In this document: positions 1 through 17,335 of the stretch, piece by piece
Layout of the letters: every line of letters starts with the position of its first letter
Position numbering within the stretch: position 1 is the stretch's first letter
Source: Ramazzottius varieornatus
Taxonomy: Eukaryota > Animalia > Tardigrada
Direction of reading: 5' to 3'
Assembly (NCBI GenBank): GCA_001949185.1
Contig: BDGG01000001.1
Span: forward strand, 4,577,624 to 4,641,623
Length of the DNA stretch: 64,000 nucleotides
Program-made: the position numbers and the translations under genes
The notes under the pieces: model-generated
Databases searched by the model: none
Seen by the model: the letters and a program-made list of their open reading frames with translations, nothing else
What the model was told of the DNA's origin: nothing

Positions 1-2610
<2,610 letters not shown>

Positions 2611-3074
2611 TCTGAGATGAATCTGATAGCATCTGAAACCCCCCGTTGATCTACAAGTTGCGTCATTGACGATGTGCACTTATTTTATATGAAAAAATTT
2701 CTACTTGCTGAATTCATGCTCATAATCTCATCGGAAACAATGCAGTGTGGAAAAGCGAGGTTCTTAGGTCTTCGGTTTGGTTTGTGGCAAGATGACAAAA
2801 TGGAGTCTCTATTTTGATTAATTTATCTGTATTTTATCAATGCGTCGTAAGATGAGCAAAAGCTACTATGGAGTGTATAAAGAAAAGTTTTCGAAACAGA
2901 TGTTTGAATAAGATGTCATGCTAATTCCTGAAGTCGACCAGTCAACAGAGAAAACTGGCATCAATTAAATTCCCAAATATTCAATAAAGGATTGGTTTAT
3001 ATAGCTTTCTGTACAGCCATTTTCTGCGCTGAAGACGTGGAAGAAAATCGAAGATTGATTCGAAATCATGCAAT

Positions 3075-4558
3075 TCAGCGTTTGTCGGCAGCGTCGAATG
3101 CGTCGGCGGTGTGGAAGTTCATCTTGATGTTATTGGGATCGAAGGGATCGATGACTGGAAGTCCGTGAGCTTTGCGTTCCTTCTCTATGTGGATCAAATT
3201 GTCAATCTGATCCGACGAGATGCGCGATTCGTCGTGCGACGTTAGATCCAGCTCCATGAAGTTCCCGCCGGTTCGCAACAACTCTTCTTCCCGCTGCTTT
3301 CGCGCCACTCCTTCGGGGTTCAGCATGGCCAAATCCAAGGTCTCCTTGTCATTCCCGCCTCCCGAAGCTTCGTTTCTTTCAGTCGTACCACCTCCATGCA
3401 GAGGCGCTTTTTCTGCCGAAAAATACCATATATTGCACACGAAGTCATATCAACCGTGAGTTTTAGGACGTCAGCATTGATTCCACCCGGACGCATCTTC
3501 TCAAGTGGCGCGTCTTCTCATTGACATTGCCCAAGAGATTGCGTCACTTGGGAAAAAAGATTTGTGCGAGATCATTTGCCGACGTTTCAATTACTGTAGC
3601 TCTCTCAGTTCGTTCTCCACCTTTTAGAGTTGAGTCAGTCTTTTCGACTGTTTCGGTTTTGTGGGTTCGCTGTTCGCCCACGTCTCTTCCTTCGTGTCTG
3701 GTGGCTTTGGTCTCTTCAACTTTGGTCGTCTTTGCGGGAACGCCGTGTCTGTGAGACATGTGCAGATCGGCACCTTCCGGCTCCGTGAGACTCTGGGAAT
3801 AATGTTCGATGATGCCCGTCACCTCATCGGAGGGGCGATTGGAGATCCTGGCCAGCTCCTTCATGCGTTCCTTGATATCTTTCTCCTCCGCTTCGTTCTG
3901 TTCTTTGCTGAGCTTACGGTCATGACGATCGAGGTGCAGCGTGTGGAGGATCTGCTTTTTAATACCGCGATGTTCATGCGCTCCTTCGCCATGCTTATGA
4001 TGCACTTCGATCTCGTCCGATAGAATGTGTCCTTCCTGGTCCGTCTTGAAACGAACAGTGTGCTCGAGCGTGGGGACTTCCTCCTTCATTTTGTCTTCCC
4101 GTTCCTGCCACCACATCATCATCGGGCGACATGAAAATATGCTCACGTGATAGACTGCTTGATAGGTTCTGCTAACTTACCGCAAGTTTCTTAGCTCGTT
4201 CTTCCTGTTCGATCTGTTTCTGAAGACCCGGGTACATTCCCGGATACGCTTCCAGCAAATGTTCTCGGGAGGGTGCTGGCGCAGGAATGACCGCTTGGCG
4301 CGTTATGTCATCCATGATGCCACTTCCTCCTGCTGCCGATTCGTGCCCTAATCCACTTTTGCCTTTACTGTCCGTGCGTTGCCTGAGCTCGTTAACGGTG
4401 CGAGGGACTCCAGCTCCTGTCTGCTGTCCAGTGGCTGGATCATAAGCTACATTGTACTCCGGATGGTCTTCTTTGGTGTACTTTTCAGCACCTGCGAATA
4501 TTCCACCGTCCGTCCGTTCCGGGTCCTGTGAGACCTTCTTGGCGCTGTATTCCGACAT
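3075..4558 (-). CDS. Orphan, highly hydrophilic E/K/H/R/D-rich protein, about 400 aa, 3 coding exons
   Basis: Three collinear ORFs (4172-4558, 3544-4146, 3075-3440). A phase-0 GT-AG join links 4181 to 4104 (KKLA|EREDKM). The second junction is uncertain. A 5'UTR intron is suggested at ~4618-4714. Confidence 0.7.
3502..3550. repeat. Palindrome family A core (orphan gene intron)
   Basis: CAAGTGGCGCGT-N25-TTGCGTCACTTG. Confidence 0.85.
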
Positions 4559-5319
4559 GATCCTCTTATGAGCCTTGTCGGAGGAAAAAATAATGCTTTG
4601 TTAAAGGTTTAGCAGTACTGTATAAAAGCAGCAGGAAAGAAGCCAGAATGATAAGTGGAAAGTACACTTTTTGATATACCTGCATCGATGCCTCCAGCCA
4701 AACAAATAACTTACCGTGCTCGGTGAACGTTCTCGATCGATCGTTCTGTTTTGCCGGTGGTCGGCGCGGCCCCACATTTATGGTGCTCCCTTCAGTTCTG
4801 TTCTGGGCTTTGCGTCACTGACTGAGCGATTGATACGGAGTGTGACTGTGTGAGTGTGCACAGCGTCGACATATGGGCAATGGGCAGAGTAGACCAGTAA
4901 GGCGGGACTAGTTTAAGTGATATGGAACGGCAACGGAATAAAAGTTGCTTTCGCTCGGCAAATCAAGATTGCCAAAGTTCGAGATTTTCTGTTTCATTGG
5001 CCACCTACAGATATTCTTTATTTCATGCCCCGCTTCATATGATGTCACCTGGCCGCGCCTTACTGATCTACTCTGCCCACTGCTCATACAGTATTATACC
5101 CGCATGGGCGGCACTGGGCGCATTCGCTAAGCTTACACTTTTCGGTAAAACATCTTTCTGTTTCTTTCAAGAAACTCGCAGTGCTTCTCGGAGGTGCCGT
5201 CGTTTCTCGGACGTGAAAAGGTATTAACAGAGCTCATACTACCCTTGGATCGTGTGGGAATCATTCCTAACCTTGTGGACAGCTTTGCAGGTTGGAAAAC
5301 GTCATCAGTTGATCTTTAA

Positions 5320-6375
<1,056 letters not shown>

Positions 6376-6711
6376 ATTTAAAATACTTCATCACTTTGTA
6401 GGCTTTTCTTAACTAACTCTCGAAGTACCTGGTTCTGTGTTGAACAGTATAGTCAAACGCAAGTACCGCGTTTTAACATCGAAATGTTTCGCGAATAAAA
6501 CTTTTGTCCAACTTGATGGTGTTTTCCTTGTACGTTCGTCAGAGGTGTAAACCAGTTCACGGTTCCGTTTCACAACAATCACACCGGCAGACGGACACAT
6601 CAAATAGCACTCAAAAAGAACCATCCGCGGAATCTACGGAAAGATTTCAAGAGGAGGGAATACAATAAAATGTTCTGTGCACAGATCAACAAACATAGCT
6701 GCCAGAAAAAA

Positions 6712-9700
6712 CTAGCTTTCTTGTTTAGCTGTAGAAACTCTTCTTTCAGCGGCCAGCGCTTTCTGTAAACAACAGGACAAAATCGTGAAGGTGAGAAACC
6801 TCGAAATGTAGACTAAACCATACCTTAGCATCGTCTTCCTGTTTCATCTTCTCGTAATGACGTTGAGCTTGTCTGAGCGACTCCACCAGCGTGGAGTCGA
6901 GTTGAGGGAACATTCGAGCGACAGCCTCGAAGAGAGGCAAAAGAACAAACTTGATAAAACCAATCTGAGCAGTAGGCTTCGTGACTTTTTCACGATCCAT
7001 GAAAGGCGCCACTGGAAGACCTTCAGCCTTCTCACGATCCGACTGGTTGAAATACTCCTCCAAAAGACAGTCTAACCACGGCTCTGACACGTCCATTGGC
7101 CGAACTTCATTGGAAATGTCGCAGCACTTAATAAGAATCATCTTGAGCTACAAAAGAGAAAGGCAACGATGAGACCTGAAGGTGAGACCGGAAGAGGTCG
7201 AAAACTGGGAAGACATCGAGCAACCACTAGCACCTGCATACCGGCGCGCCAGAGCCGGTATGTAGGTTAGTGTATGCAGGTGCTTGAGACGTGGAGTTTT
7301 TGGCCTGGCAAAGAAGGGATTTTATGCGGTCATGGGGACATATTGCGTTGGTGCATAATTTAAATTTGTAATTTGAAAAAAGGTCAGCCTTAAGAATCTA
7401 AAGGGTATTTCGATGTCTCTACCGAAGTAATATGTTCGTCATTATTCCAGTCGAACTGATCGACATTATGCTTGAATTTCTCGAGGATCTCCGCGTGTCT
7501 TGCCATATCGGTGGCTAATATGAGTGCAATGATGCCCACTCGTATTCTGAGGAAATCGGCCTCGCTAACATTGGAGAAAATATTGCATTCAGGCTGGGAG
7601 AGAATCTGGAAGCACACGGCGGCGTGATGGTTCTCCAAGGGAGACTGATCGTTATAGCGGATTGCCAGCTCTGTTTTGGCGTTAATTTGATACCTGTAAT
7701 CAATAGGAAGAATGAGGGCTGCGATATTGGCTCCCATATCGCCCAGCCAATAGTCGACTGGTGAGGGAAAGAAACCTACGCGTTATTGTAGCCGGGATGA
7801 TCAAGATCGTGACACACGCAGGCGGTAATCAACAGTCCCAGGTCGAACTTGCTGATCTTCTCCTGCAGGTTACACAGATGAATCATACCGTACATCATTT
7901 GCGTGACACAAAAACAGTGCCGGAAATTGTGGAAGGGATTATTGCGATAACTGGCTTGTACGCATAACTACAAAGAGAAGAAAAACAGTTTACATATTCA
8001 GCGAACCCGAAGGACCCTACAAGAGCTCGGCAAAGAAGCTCAACAAGGTCAATTTTCCAAGCGACACGCGTCCTTATGGTTATTGGCTAAAAGCGTGCTC
8101 CCCTTGGGAGAAAAATCCTGTCGAGTTTGCCTGCCCAGGCTTCCCGTTATGTATGGGAATCCCACCGGATTCCAGAAAACACTAGAAGAACTAGTGGGTG
8201 GGGGTTTACGAAGCAATTGACGGTTCCAATTACCAGCCATCGTTTCAAGGTGACAGGGTTCATGTTGAATTCATGGACCAAGCCCAGTTCATGGTACATG
8301 TGCTCCAGCAAGCTCAACATCTGTAACGAAGAGAACATCAGCATCGTGTGAACCTGGATTGTTTCTGCCAAGATCGTGCTATTCGATCATTTCCTGAGTA
8401 TCGGGTAATGTCAACTGAGCACTCAAGCTCCAAACAAGCTGGCCAGATCCATAATCACGAAGGACTCCCATGGACAAAGAAGACAAAGAGGCTGATTTGA
8501 ACACGCGAAGGATCATGCGTCTAACAGTACCTCGTTCGGTTCCCAGTGCCATATGTCAAAGGTGGGCTTCTTCAGGTAATCAATCGTCTCTTGCGACAGA
8601 ATATACTGCAAAGAGAGAAACGTTAAGGACTGAAAGAAGTCACGCTGGTTCATAATAATAAACAAATATCAGACCTTCGGGTAGGTGGGCATGTGAGCGT
8701 AAACAATCTTCTTGTCGTCACTGAGCGAACTATAAAACAGACACACCCGTTGAGAAATATTATGCCTATCATGTCAGCTTCCGCCGCGCATGACGTCAAA
8801 GCGCCGCACGTACAAAACACGTCTTACACCGTAACGACTAATGACGTCATACGCAAAAACAGCGAAAAGCGTCGAAAGGGGTTTTCACTACTTCTGAGAG
8901 CGAAATCTGGTAATTTTTTTCATCGTATTCTAGGAAGATCGTTCCGAAGACACTTCAGCAAACTGTCGGGAACACTTGCCTTTGCCTTCCGATGGATTCG
9001 GTGGAGAATTTCTTTGTTTCATACAGCATATTCCGCAGTTCGCTGACATCTTTGCGACATCGCTCTATCTCTACCGTTTTTAGGCCTTCTTCTGAAAACA
9101 CAGAGCTTTCTTACAATATGCTACCCACCATCGCGCCAATGTCGTAAGGGTAGAACAGGTAGTGGAGGTTACTATTGGCGTGACAGAAATAGTGCATGGG
9201 ATCTTGCAGGCCCATACTTTCCATACGTTTTTCCAGGGCGTCCAGCCGTTTCGTGATATTTTCTTTCAGCTCATCCGTCCGAAGTACCCTAGAACAAACG
9301 AACTTCCTGCGACGCACAGTTAGTCGAGTTCGATATGAAGAGATAATTAACGTCGACTTAAAATGAAATATTGTCAGGAAAGAATCCAATTAAATTTTAT
9401 TGATGATGATAAAAGTCGCCTAACGTCCAAAGACAGCCAATCAATGCCTTATTTGAGGTTGCAATCAAACGGTTTTCTTCAGTGGGTCTCTCGAAATGAC
9501 GTCAGTCGGCGGAAGTGGAAGGGCATACCGGGCACACAGAAATCTGGTCATACCTGTTCAGCTGTTCAGAAAGTTGAGTGACAACTGACTGTATCAGATC
9601 AGTATTATCTACAAAGAAAAAAATGCAGCAAAAGGAAATAGGCAGGAACAAGCTCTCTGAGTTAAGAATTGTCGGAGATATGCGGTAAACGTCTCCAGCA

Positions 9701-10957
9701 AGAAACGTGGCGGAGATGCTTTTTCCTGCGCACTTCTCTGAGAGTCCTAGTCCCCTGCCTGGGACGGCAGAAAACGGATGATGATAACGAACCTGTAAAC
9801 GGGTCTTTGACAATCTTGGTCTCGATGACTTGTACTTTGAATGGAGTGTCCGTGCTGTTGGAAGCCATGGAAGGTGAGATGGTGACAAGGCCGCCATACT
9901 TGTCCTTGAGAATCACGCCTGTCCAACTAAAACGCAAATGCCGGTTATATCGAGCACCGGTCTATACAAGGTCTTCAAGACCTTATCGTTCCGTAAGTGA
10001 AGGACCATAATTTGGCGATTTCCAAACTAGATCTGAACGCTACTGTTTGACCGGCTAAATCTGCACATGATTAGCGTTTCAAGACGAAAATTCGTCCCGG
10101 AATTAGCTCTATGGAACCTGAGTCGATCCCGAACCGATCCCAGTTTCGTCTCTCTTTGAATTCTTGGGGATACAAATCTGATTCTGTTCGTGGGATTAAT
10201 GCGCGCATCGTGTTACCCTATATTTCAACCGGTTTCCTGAAGGAACTGAAAAAATAACGAAGCGACCCTTTGCGTACTTCGCAGCTCTCTCTATCGATAT
10301 TTGAGTTGTCGATATACTGTAATATTGCCGCATTTTGATGCAACAAAAAGGTCACAGACTCACAAGTAGCGTAACTCCAAACTCGTAGGATGGCGAGACG
10401 TCTTTAAATTTCTTACACATGCTATAGTGAGATTTGGTAGGTGCGTAACGACTCTTACAAAACATACAGATAAATGGTTAGGATGTACCTTGACGCTCCA
10501 GCGGCCATAGCAATAGTCTCTTGGATATCCTTAGAAGAGCTGTGAGGTGTAAAAATGATCTGCAAAAGAAGAACATGGATATTATTCAAGCGTATGATTT
10601 ATAGAAAACCCTGGTGGCCATGCAAGTGGAATAATTCATTTTTATATTGAGAGATGTATATGATTTTACGGTTACTTGTCTAAAAAGAATGTCGGCTACG
10701 TTCCCTCCACGAAGACGGTTTTTCTATCTCGATTGTAGAAAAAAAAAAAGCACACAGAAATTCTACAATATCAAAAAACACTTGACACATCGTCAATTTA
10801 GCCTTTTGCATAAACATCACAACATTGAAAAAATATGCATAATCCAGGATCATTTCGGGTTTCAATGTTTAAGATTTTGGTTCCATACCTTCTCAATCTT
10901 TCCATGGATGTCCACGTAAACGCATCGCGAATGTTGCCCAGACGCGCCATTTCCCAT
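6712..10957 (-). CDS. PDE9: cGMP-specific phosphodiesterase 9
   Basis: N-terminus [23 protein letters not shown] is PDE9A-like. Catalytic motifs [73 protein letters not shown]. Confidence 0.93.
7232..7281. repeat. Palindrome family B (PDE9 intron)
   Basis: ACCTGCATAC-N30-GTATGCAGGT, with an extra internal GTATGTAGGT. Confidence 0.8.
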
Positions 10958-11736
10958 TCTGGTCAATTTTGTCGGCTGAAGGAATCTTACACGTCCCGAA
11001 GCTCGACGATCATGAGAAAATCAGTTCCACCAAAAAACGGCTAAGGTCCTGGCAGCACTTTTATTGTCAACGGGTATCTGTGGTACCATACATGCGGCTG
11101 CGACACTAGCGGTTTTCTTTTAAGTCAAACGGAGTAGGAAGTAGGGAAGCACGAATATGGTGAAAGCCATGCAGGTCAAAGGTGAGCAAAGGTAAGAGTA
11201 AACTCAGCTGCGTCGTCGTCGACGTCGTTACCTTTTATCTATATTCTGTGGCGGGGAAGATCAATGCCTTACAGGCCCGAGATTTGCCTGCTATTAACCG
11301 CCTGAGCTACATCACATCGGTGGTGAAACAATCCCCGTTCGTCCTCGCGCTTTTCATCCTCCCGGGAAATACTGCATCGGGATCGATCGATGTACGTGCT
11401 TTCTTCCCGGTATGGGCTTCGATAAGTCCCCTCTCTGATCGAATCCCTGCGTTGGGCGATACATCAGATAAAAATAGAACAGAAGGTTGACTTGAGCGCG
11501 GCTTTCCCGAAAGGGCCCTTTTCAGCATTCAATAAGGACGAAGAGCTTCCGTCAGACCACCGATCCATTACCGCCAAATACTTTCATGCCTATAAACCTC
11601 CCCTGATACCCCCACGTCGCACGAAGCCCTGTAATCACTACTTTAAACCGCATATGACACCGATAAATCCTCCATATTCCAGAAACCATGACTCGAACTG
11701 GGATGTCGGCAAATGACTTGAACATGATTTATTCCC

Positions 11737-11785
11737 CCAGCGGCGCACACTTATTGCTAGAAATAGTGAGAACGTGCGCCACTTG
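11737..11785. repeat. Palindrome family A core (upstream of PDE9 ATG)
   Basis: CCAGCGGCGCAC-N25-GTGCGCCACTTG; outer arms GCAAATGA..GAACATGATT / AATCATGTTC..TCATTTGC. Confidence 0.9.
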
Positions 11786-13023
11786 AGATAACAATCATGT
11801 TCCATTCATTTGCGGGCGCCCCAATTCTTGTTCTACGCAGACGTACTATTGATAAGTGATTTCAGCAGAATATGTTTACTTCATTTTTCAGAAGAGCCAA
11901 AATAGCGTAGGGGGTTTAGCGTCGGTCACTCAGCGATTACCGAGTGTTCGTGCCAAACCGCAGGGTACGGTGAATGAGTTGAAGAACGGAACGAAAGGCA
12001 GACGACTCTTCTCAGGCCGTTATCTGCTCAAAATTCCAGGTTTCCGACTGACTTCAACTAACCTGAGTTCTCCCCTGCAGAATTAGTCTTTGTCGAAATC
12101 TTGTGGTCTAAAATTTTCTATGTACTGTCTGTCAAAATGTATTTCATTTCGAACACCAGTTGTCCGTGAGAAAACTTTCTCCCTTTTGATGTAATAAAAA
12201 AAACGGGGGAAGAATATTCTGCTCAAATCAATTGCGGACGTCCCAAGTTACGTGCATTTATGACGTCGTAGCGTGGACCTGCGAGATCCTGGAATGCTAA
12301 AAACTATCCTTCTGGTTCTCCGTTCCACCGTTTGGTACCGGCCACCGTGGGTCTACACATTCAGCGTCACGGTAAACACCCAGGAAAATTGGAAACCCAA
12401 TCTAATGAACACGAGTGACGCAACCAAGAATCCCTCATCCTTTAACTCATCCAAAGACTACAATCTGGGCGAGCCGGAAGGTCGAGGGATTAGGACTGGA
12501 AAACCTCCGATCAGTGTTGAAACTTCCGAATATAGTGATGAGTATTTCGATCATCTTGGCAGTTCTGCAAATTAGGCGGAATGGCTATTCGATCGTCTTA
12601 ACGAAGTATACACTTTCGGATAGCAGCGCTCAATCGTCCAGGAACGGCAGTAAAATTACCAGAAATACCAGTTCTATTTTGAAAATGGAAATTGGTGGTA
12701 ATCACGACAGCACAAGACGGTGATTTTCACCAAAATACAACGTCGTCCTCTGTAAGAGCTTCCGAAGGCCAATTAGATCACCGAATCGATAAACGATACG
12801 ATTAGTCTAAAACAAGAACCACATCCTAAGCACGTCGGATCTTTCAATGCGGAAAAAGAAGATCAATAAACCCTATTCTGTATTTTCCATATCACAATCC
12901 AATTGTTAGATCAGAAAACCCAGATTTTGTAATTGTATGTACTGTGCACAGAGCTCTGTTCAGCTACCAGGAAGAAGTTCTTGCAATGTAGTCTTATTCC
13001 TTGAGAAGGTTTACCTCACAGGC

Positions 13024-15769
13024 TTATGACATGCGGCAGCCAGGCGGAGCAGGACCTTCTCCATCATCGTCCGATTCAGAGTCCCCTTCCAACGGCGGCT
13101 GTAAACGAAGAAGACACTCAACGTCACAATGCACTCTATAGTTCACCTTCCAGACTTCACCCACCATTTCGTTGGGGTCAGCAGGAGCAGCGGGTCGGCG
13201 CTGTGCACGGGCAGCACGATCAGCACGAGCACCTCGTTGTTGGAGATGCTGCATCAGCATCATGAGGAATTCGCCTTCACCCACTCCACCCATCCGACCA
13301 CCCATTCGATACTCCCTCTTGCGCTCCTCGAAGTTCTTCCTCATGGCCTACAGTAAAAAGTTTCAGATCAAAATCAACGCCAGGAAAAATGGCTGTAAGC
13401 AAGTGGTTCGGCTGACATTACCTCTGTGAGCTGGTTGAGACACGCTGGTGATTCGCCAGTCGGCGCCCACACTTTGATGGAGTGCTCCAGGCCGCTTGTG
13501 GCAAATATCGGGTCCATTGGGTGTGGCTCCAAGACGTTCACCTTAAACACCACACATTATCAATAGGGTAACGCTCGACGAACAAGACCGAGAGCGTCGT
13601 TTTTTTTCAACTGGCGCACAACTTTAACCAGCAACACTGGAAACGTTCGCCACTTTGGAAAGCAATCAAGCCAATGTTTTCAATGTGAACTAAGAACTGG
13701 GAAACTGAAAGCTTGGCTTACCGCGCCGATTCCGTCAGCTTCCAAGTAATGTACGACTTTCTGTGATTCTTTTTCCCAGAAGAAGACCTTGCCGCAGTCG
13801 CTGCCACTGACGACGTACTCGCTTCGGGGCCCGAAGAAGTTGACGCCCTTCACAGTCTGATTGTTGCGGTGTCCTTCGTATTCATGCGCCGCAATGCTGG
13901 CTAGCACCTCACTGCTCGTATTGATGTCATTGAAGAGAAAGACGTTATGATCATTGTAGCTTGCAATGATTTCTGGAAGAAAAACTGCACTTCAAACGAG
14001 AGCTGGGCAAACATACCTGATAAGACTGTTTCACCAAGGTGGCGCATGTTTGCGGTGTTATTGCTATCAACGTGCGCCACTTGGAGAAACGGTCTTGTCG
14101 AAGTAAATATGCCCAGGTCCCAGATCAATTTCCAGATGTGTTTCAGTTTTAAAGTTTTAGACCTGATCCACAGTAGTTGTAGACAGCTGAAGAGGCGCTG
14201 TACCGCGCACGTGTTGTTGTTTTGAGATGACCCGGACAGAGTTTCATTAACGGAGGGTAGCGTGGTTCCTCTCGCAGCTGGCGCAGATCGTAAACTCTAG
14301 GAAAAGAAAGCAAACGGTAAAGTATAAAGATCCAAAAGTCACTTCCACTTCGATCGACTACACAGACGATTAAGCTAGCCAATTACCGGACGTATTTATC
14401 TTGACCAGAAAGGACGAACTCGTACGACTTCAGCGGGTTCGTCATGATCGAATACAAAGGCACTTTCTCATCTCCATCTGCCACGGCCACCGTCATTTCC
14501 GACTTGTTGCTGGCGGCAGCTGTGCGGATATCCAGAAACTTCACAAGACCATCTTCCCCACAGGACATTACGTGGTACTGCGAGTCCGGCCGCACGTCGA
14601 TCTATAGTAAAAATAAAGCAGCGTAAAGTTTTACGCGAACGGAGATATAATTCGAAGGAAACGTAGCAAGAACTGGCTGCCTTGTCTGGCATGACGTTAC
14701 TAACCTTGTGACAAGCGCCCTTATGTCGAGCGAGGAGCTTGTCGACCGGTGGGACGCCTGCTTCGGACAGTTGGTGCATACGCACAGTTCCATCTCGGGC
14801 AGAAGATACAAGTAGCGAGTCGTTACTCAACGGAATAAACTTGCTCTGCAAATCAATTACGATTAATTTCTTATAGTACTTAATGCAACACGGAGATCAT
14901 ATGGAATATGGCAAATTTTACGGACATACCTGAAAGACGTTTGATCTGTGATTCGAGTTGAACGCGTACTTTAGCTTTTTGCTATTCCAGTCCCAAAGAC
15001 AAATCTTCAGATCGTCCGAGCCACTAGCCAGCATTGTTCCGGACGGATTGAAGTTGAGGGCATTTACACAACCTAGAGAAACCAGAGAATTGTTTTTTAA
15101 TATATGCCAGCACGGAACAAACTGAATATGAAAATATGGTATACCTTCGTGGTGTTCGAGATTGGTCCATAACGAAAGCTTCCTAAGCATGCCTCGATCA
15201 CCAGCCAGTTTCTGCCGTATGGCTAGAGGATGTCTGTATCCGGGAAGAACTCCGTACTCTTTCCGTAAGAGAAAGGAAGAGAAGAAAATGTCCGACGAAG
15301 ACAAGGGGGGAGGAGGGGATATGAGAAGGTGCGGGTCTGTGTCAGGGCGTTTGTACACTTCGTCGTTCTCCAGTTCTCGCCCATCCTCATCCGGATCTCC
15401 TTCTGCATCCTGGTCTTCGTCGTCGTCTTCATCATCGTCCTCGTCGGCACCTTCGTCTTGCCAGTCATTCTCATCGTCGTCAGGGTCGACGAGATGTGGC
15501 ATGTCATTGTCTGCATTCGCGGCAGGATCGGCTGGGTCGTTTGCAGCTGGCATGTCTGGCTGAGGAGCAGGATTTTCCTGCGTGCTAGCCGAGGTACTAG
15601 CCTCGGCGTTTAGCACCAAAGATGCGATACCCCTCTCGATGGACTTCTTCTTTGGAGCGGTGGAGTCCCCGTTTACCGCCTCATGTTTACGCTTATCCGC
15701 GTGTCCAGCTTGGTCAGAGTTGGACGCAGAAGAACTTGCTTCTTCACTTGGATCGCCTGCACCATCCAT
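13024..15769 (-). CDS. DCAF8: DDB1- and CUL4-associated factor 8 (WD40 repeat, WDR42A-like)
   Basis: Acidic N-terminus; HEG|CVNALNFNPSGTMLASGSDDLKICLWDW, YEGHRNNQTVKGVNFFGPRSEYVVSGSDCG, VNVLEPHP...ATSGLEHSIKVWAP; C-terminal CRMS. Confidence 0.92.
13608..13656. repeat. Palindrome family A core (DCAF8 intron)
   Basis: CAACTGGCGCAC-N25-GTTCGCCACTTT. Confidence 0.8.
14036..14083. repeat. Palindrome family A core (DCAF8 intron)
   Basis: AAGGTGGCGCAT-N24-GTGCGCCACTTG; termini CTGGGCA/TGCCCAG. Confidence 0.9.
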
Positions 15770-16226
15770 TTCCCGTCAGCAACCTATGTCGATTTACCGG
15801 AAGCGCTGGTGGTGAAGCTGTATGGAAGAGCGAACAGTGGAGTTGTAATCCACCTGCGAGAACACGTCACGCGAACGCCTGTAAAAAGGATCGAGAGCTA
15901 CTTAGTATACGTTCTGAATCTTTAGACACCTCGTGACAACTCTTGAACTGTCACGTCCCTCGGTCCCACTTCGGATCACTGTTCCCAGCAGCGATGCAGC
16001 AGGAGGAAGACGCGGGAAATACACGAACTTACAGGGGGAAGACTCGGAAGATGCGAACAAAAGTGGAACATCTGATTCCTCATTCTTTTTTCGGAAAAAT
16101 TCCGACTTCCGGTGTGAGATCGTAAACAAACTCCCTAGAATTTCTGTTCGGGCCACGAATAGAATCGTGGGCTGGCCCAGGCAGCGGGATTTTTGTTTGG
16201 TCCACATCACACACCACAGCCTGAAC

Positions 16227-16291
16227 CAGGGTCAGTTGAGCTCTGCCCGTTCGAGCAATCAACCTCCCAGACTAGAGCTCGACTGACCCTG
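16227..16291. repeat. 18-bp inverted repeat in the DCAF8/RPS16 divergent promoter
   Basis: CAGGGTCAGTTGAGCTCT-N29-AGAGCTCGACTGACCCTG (1 mismatch). Confidence 0.8.
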
Positions 16292-16509
16292 CTAACTTAG
16301 CACAGCTGTTTTAACTTCTGAGTTTCCAACCAAGTGGAGCTGAGCGACCATCAGGGGATCAAGGGTGACCTCCCTTGTCGGTGCCGGAGAGAAAATTTTC
16401 AGATCTATCGGAATAATCGGATGCCGCGAACGGTGTGAAGTTCCCCAGTCTCGTTGCTTTCTTCTGCTTTCTACAGGACTTTGTCTGGATTATCTCCATC
16501 TGTTCCATC

Positions 16510-17335
<826 letters not shown>

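Noticed and set aside
4618-4630. TATAAAAG as a plus-strand TATA box
   Set aside because: Better explained as the reverse complement of a splice acceptor (CTTTTATACAG) for the minus-strand gene's 5'UTR intron.
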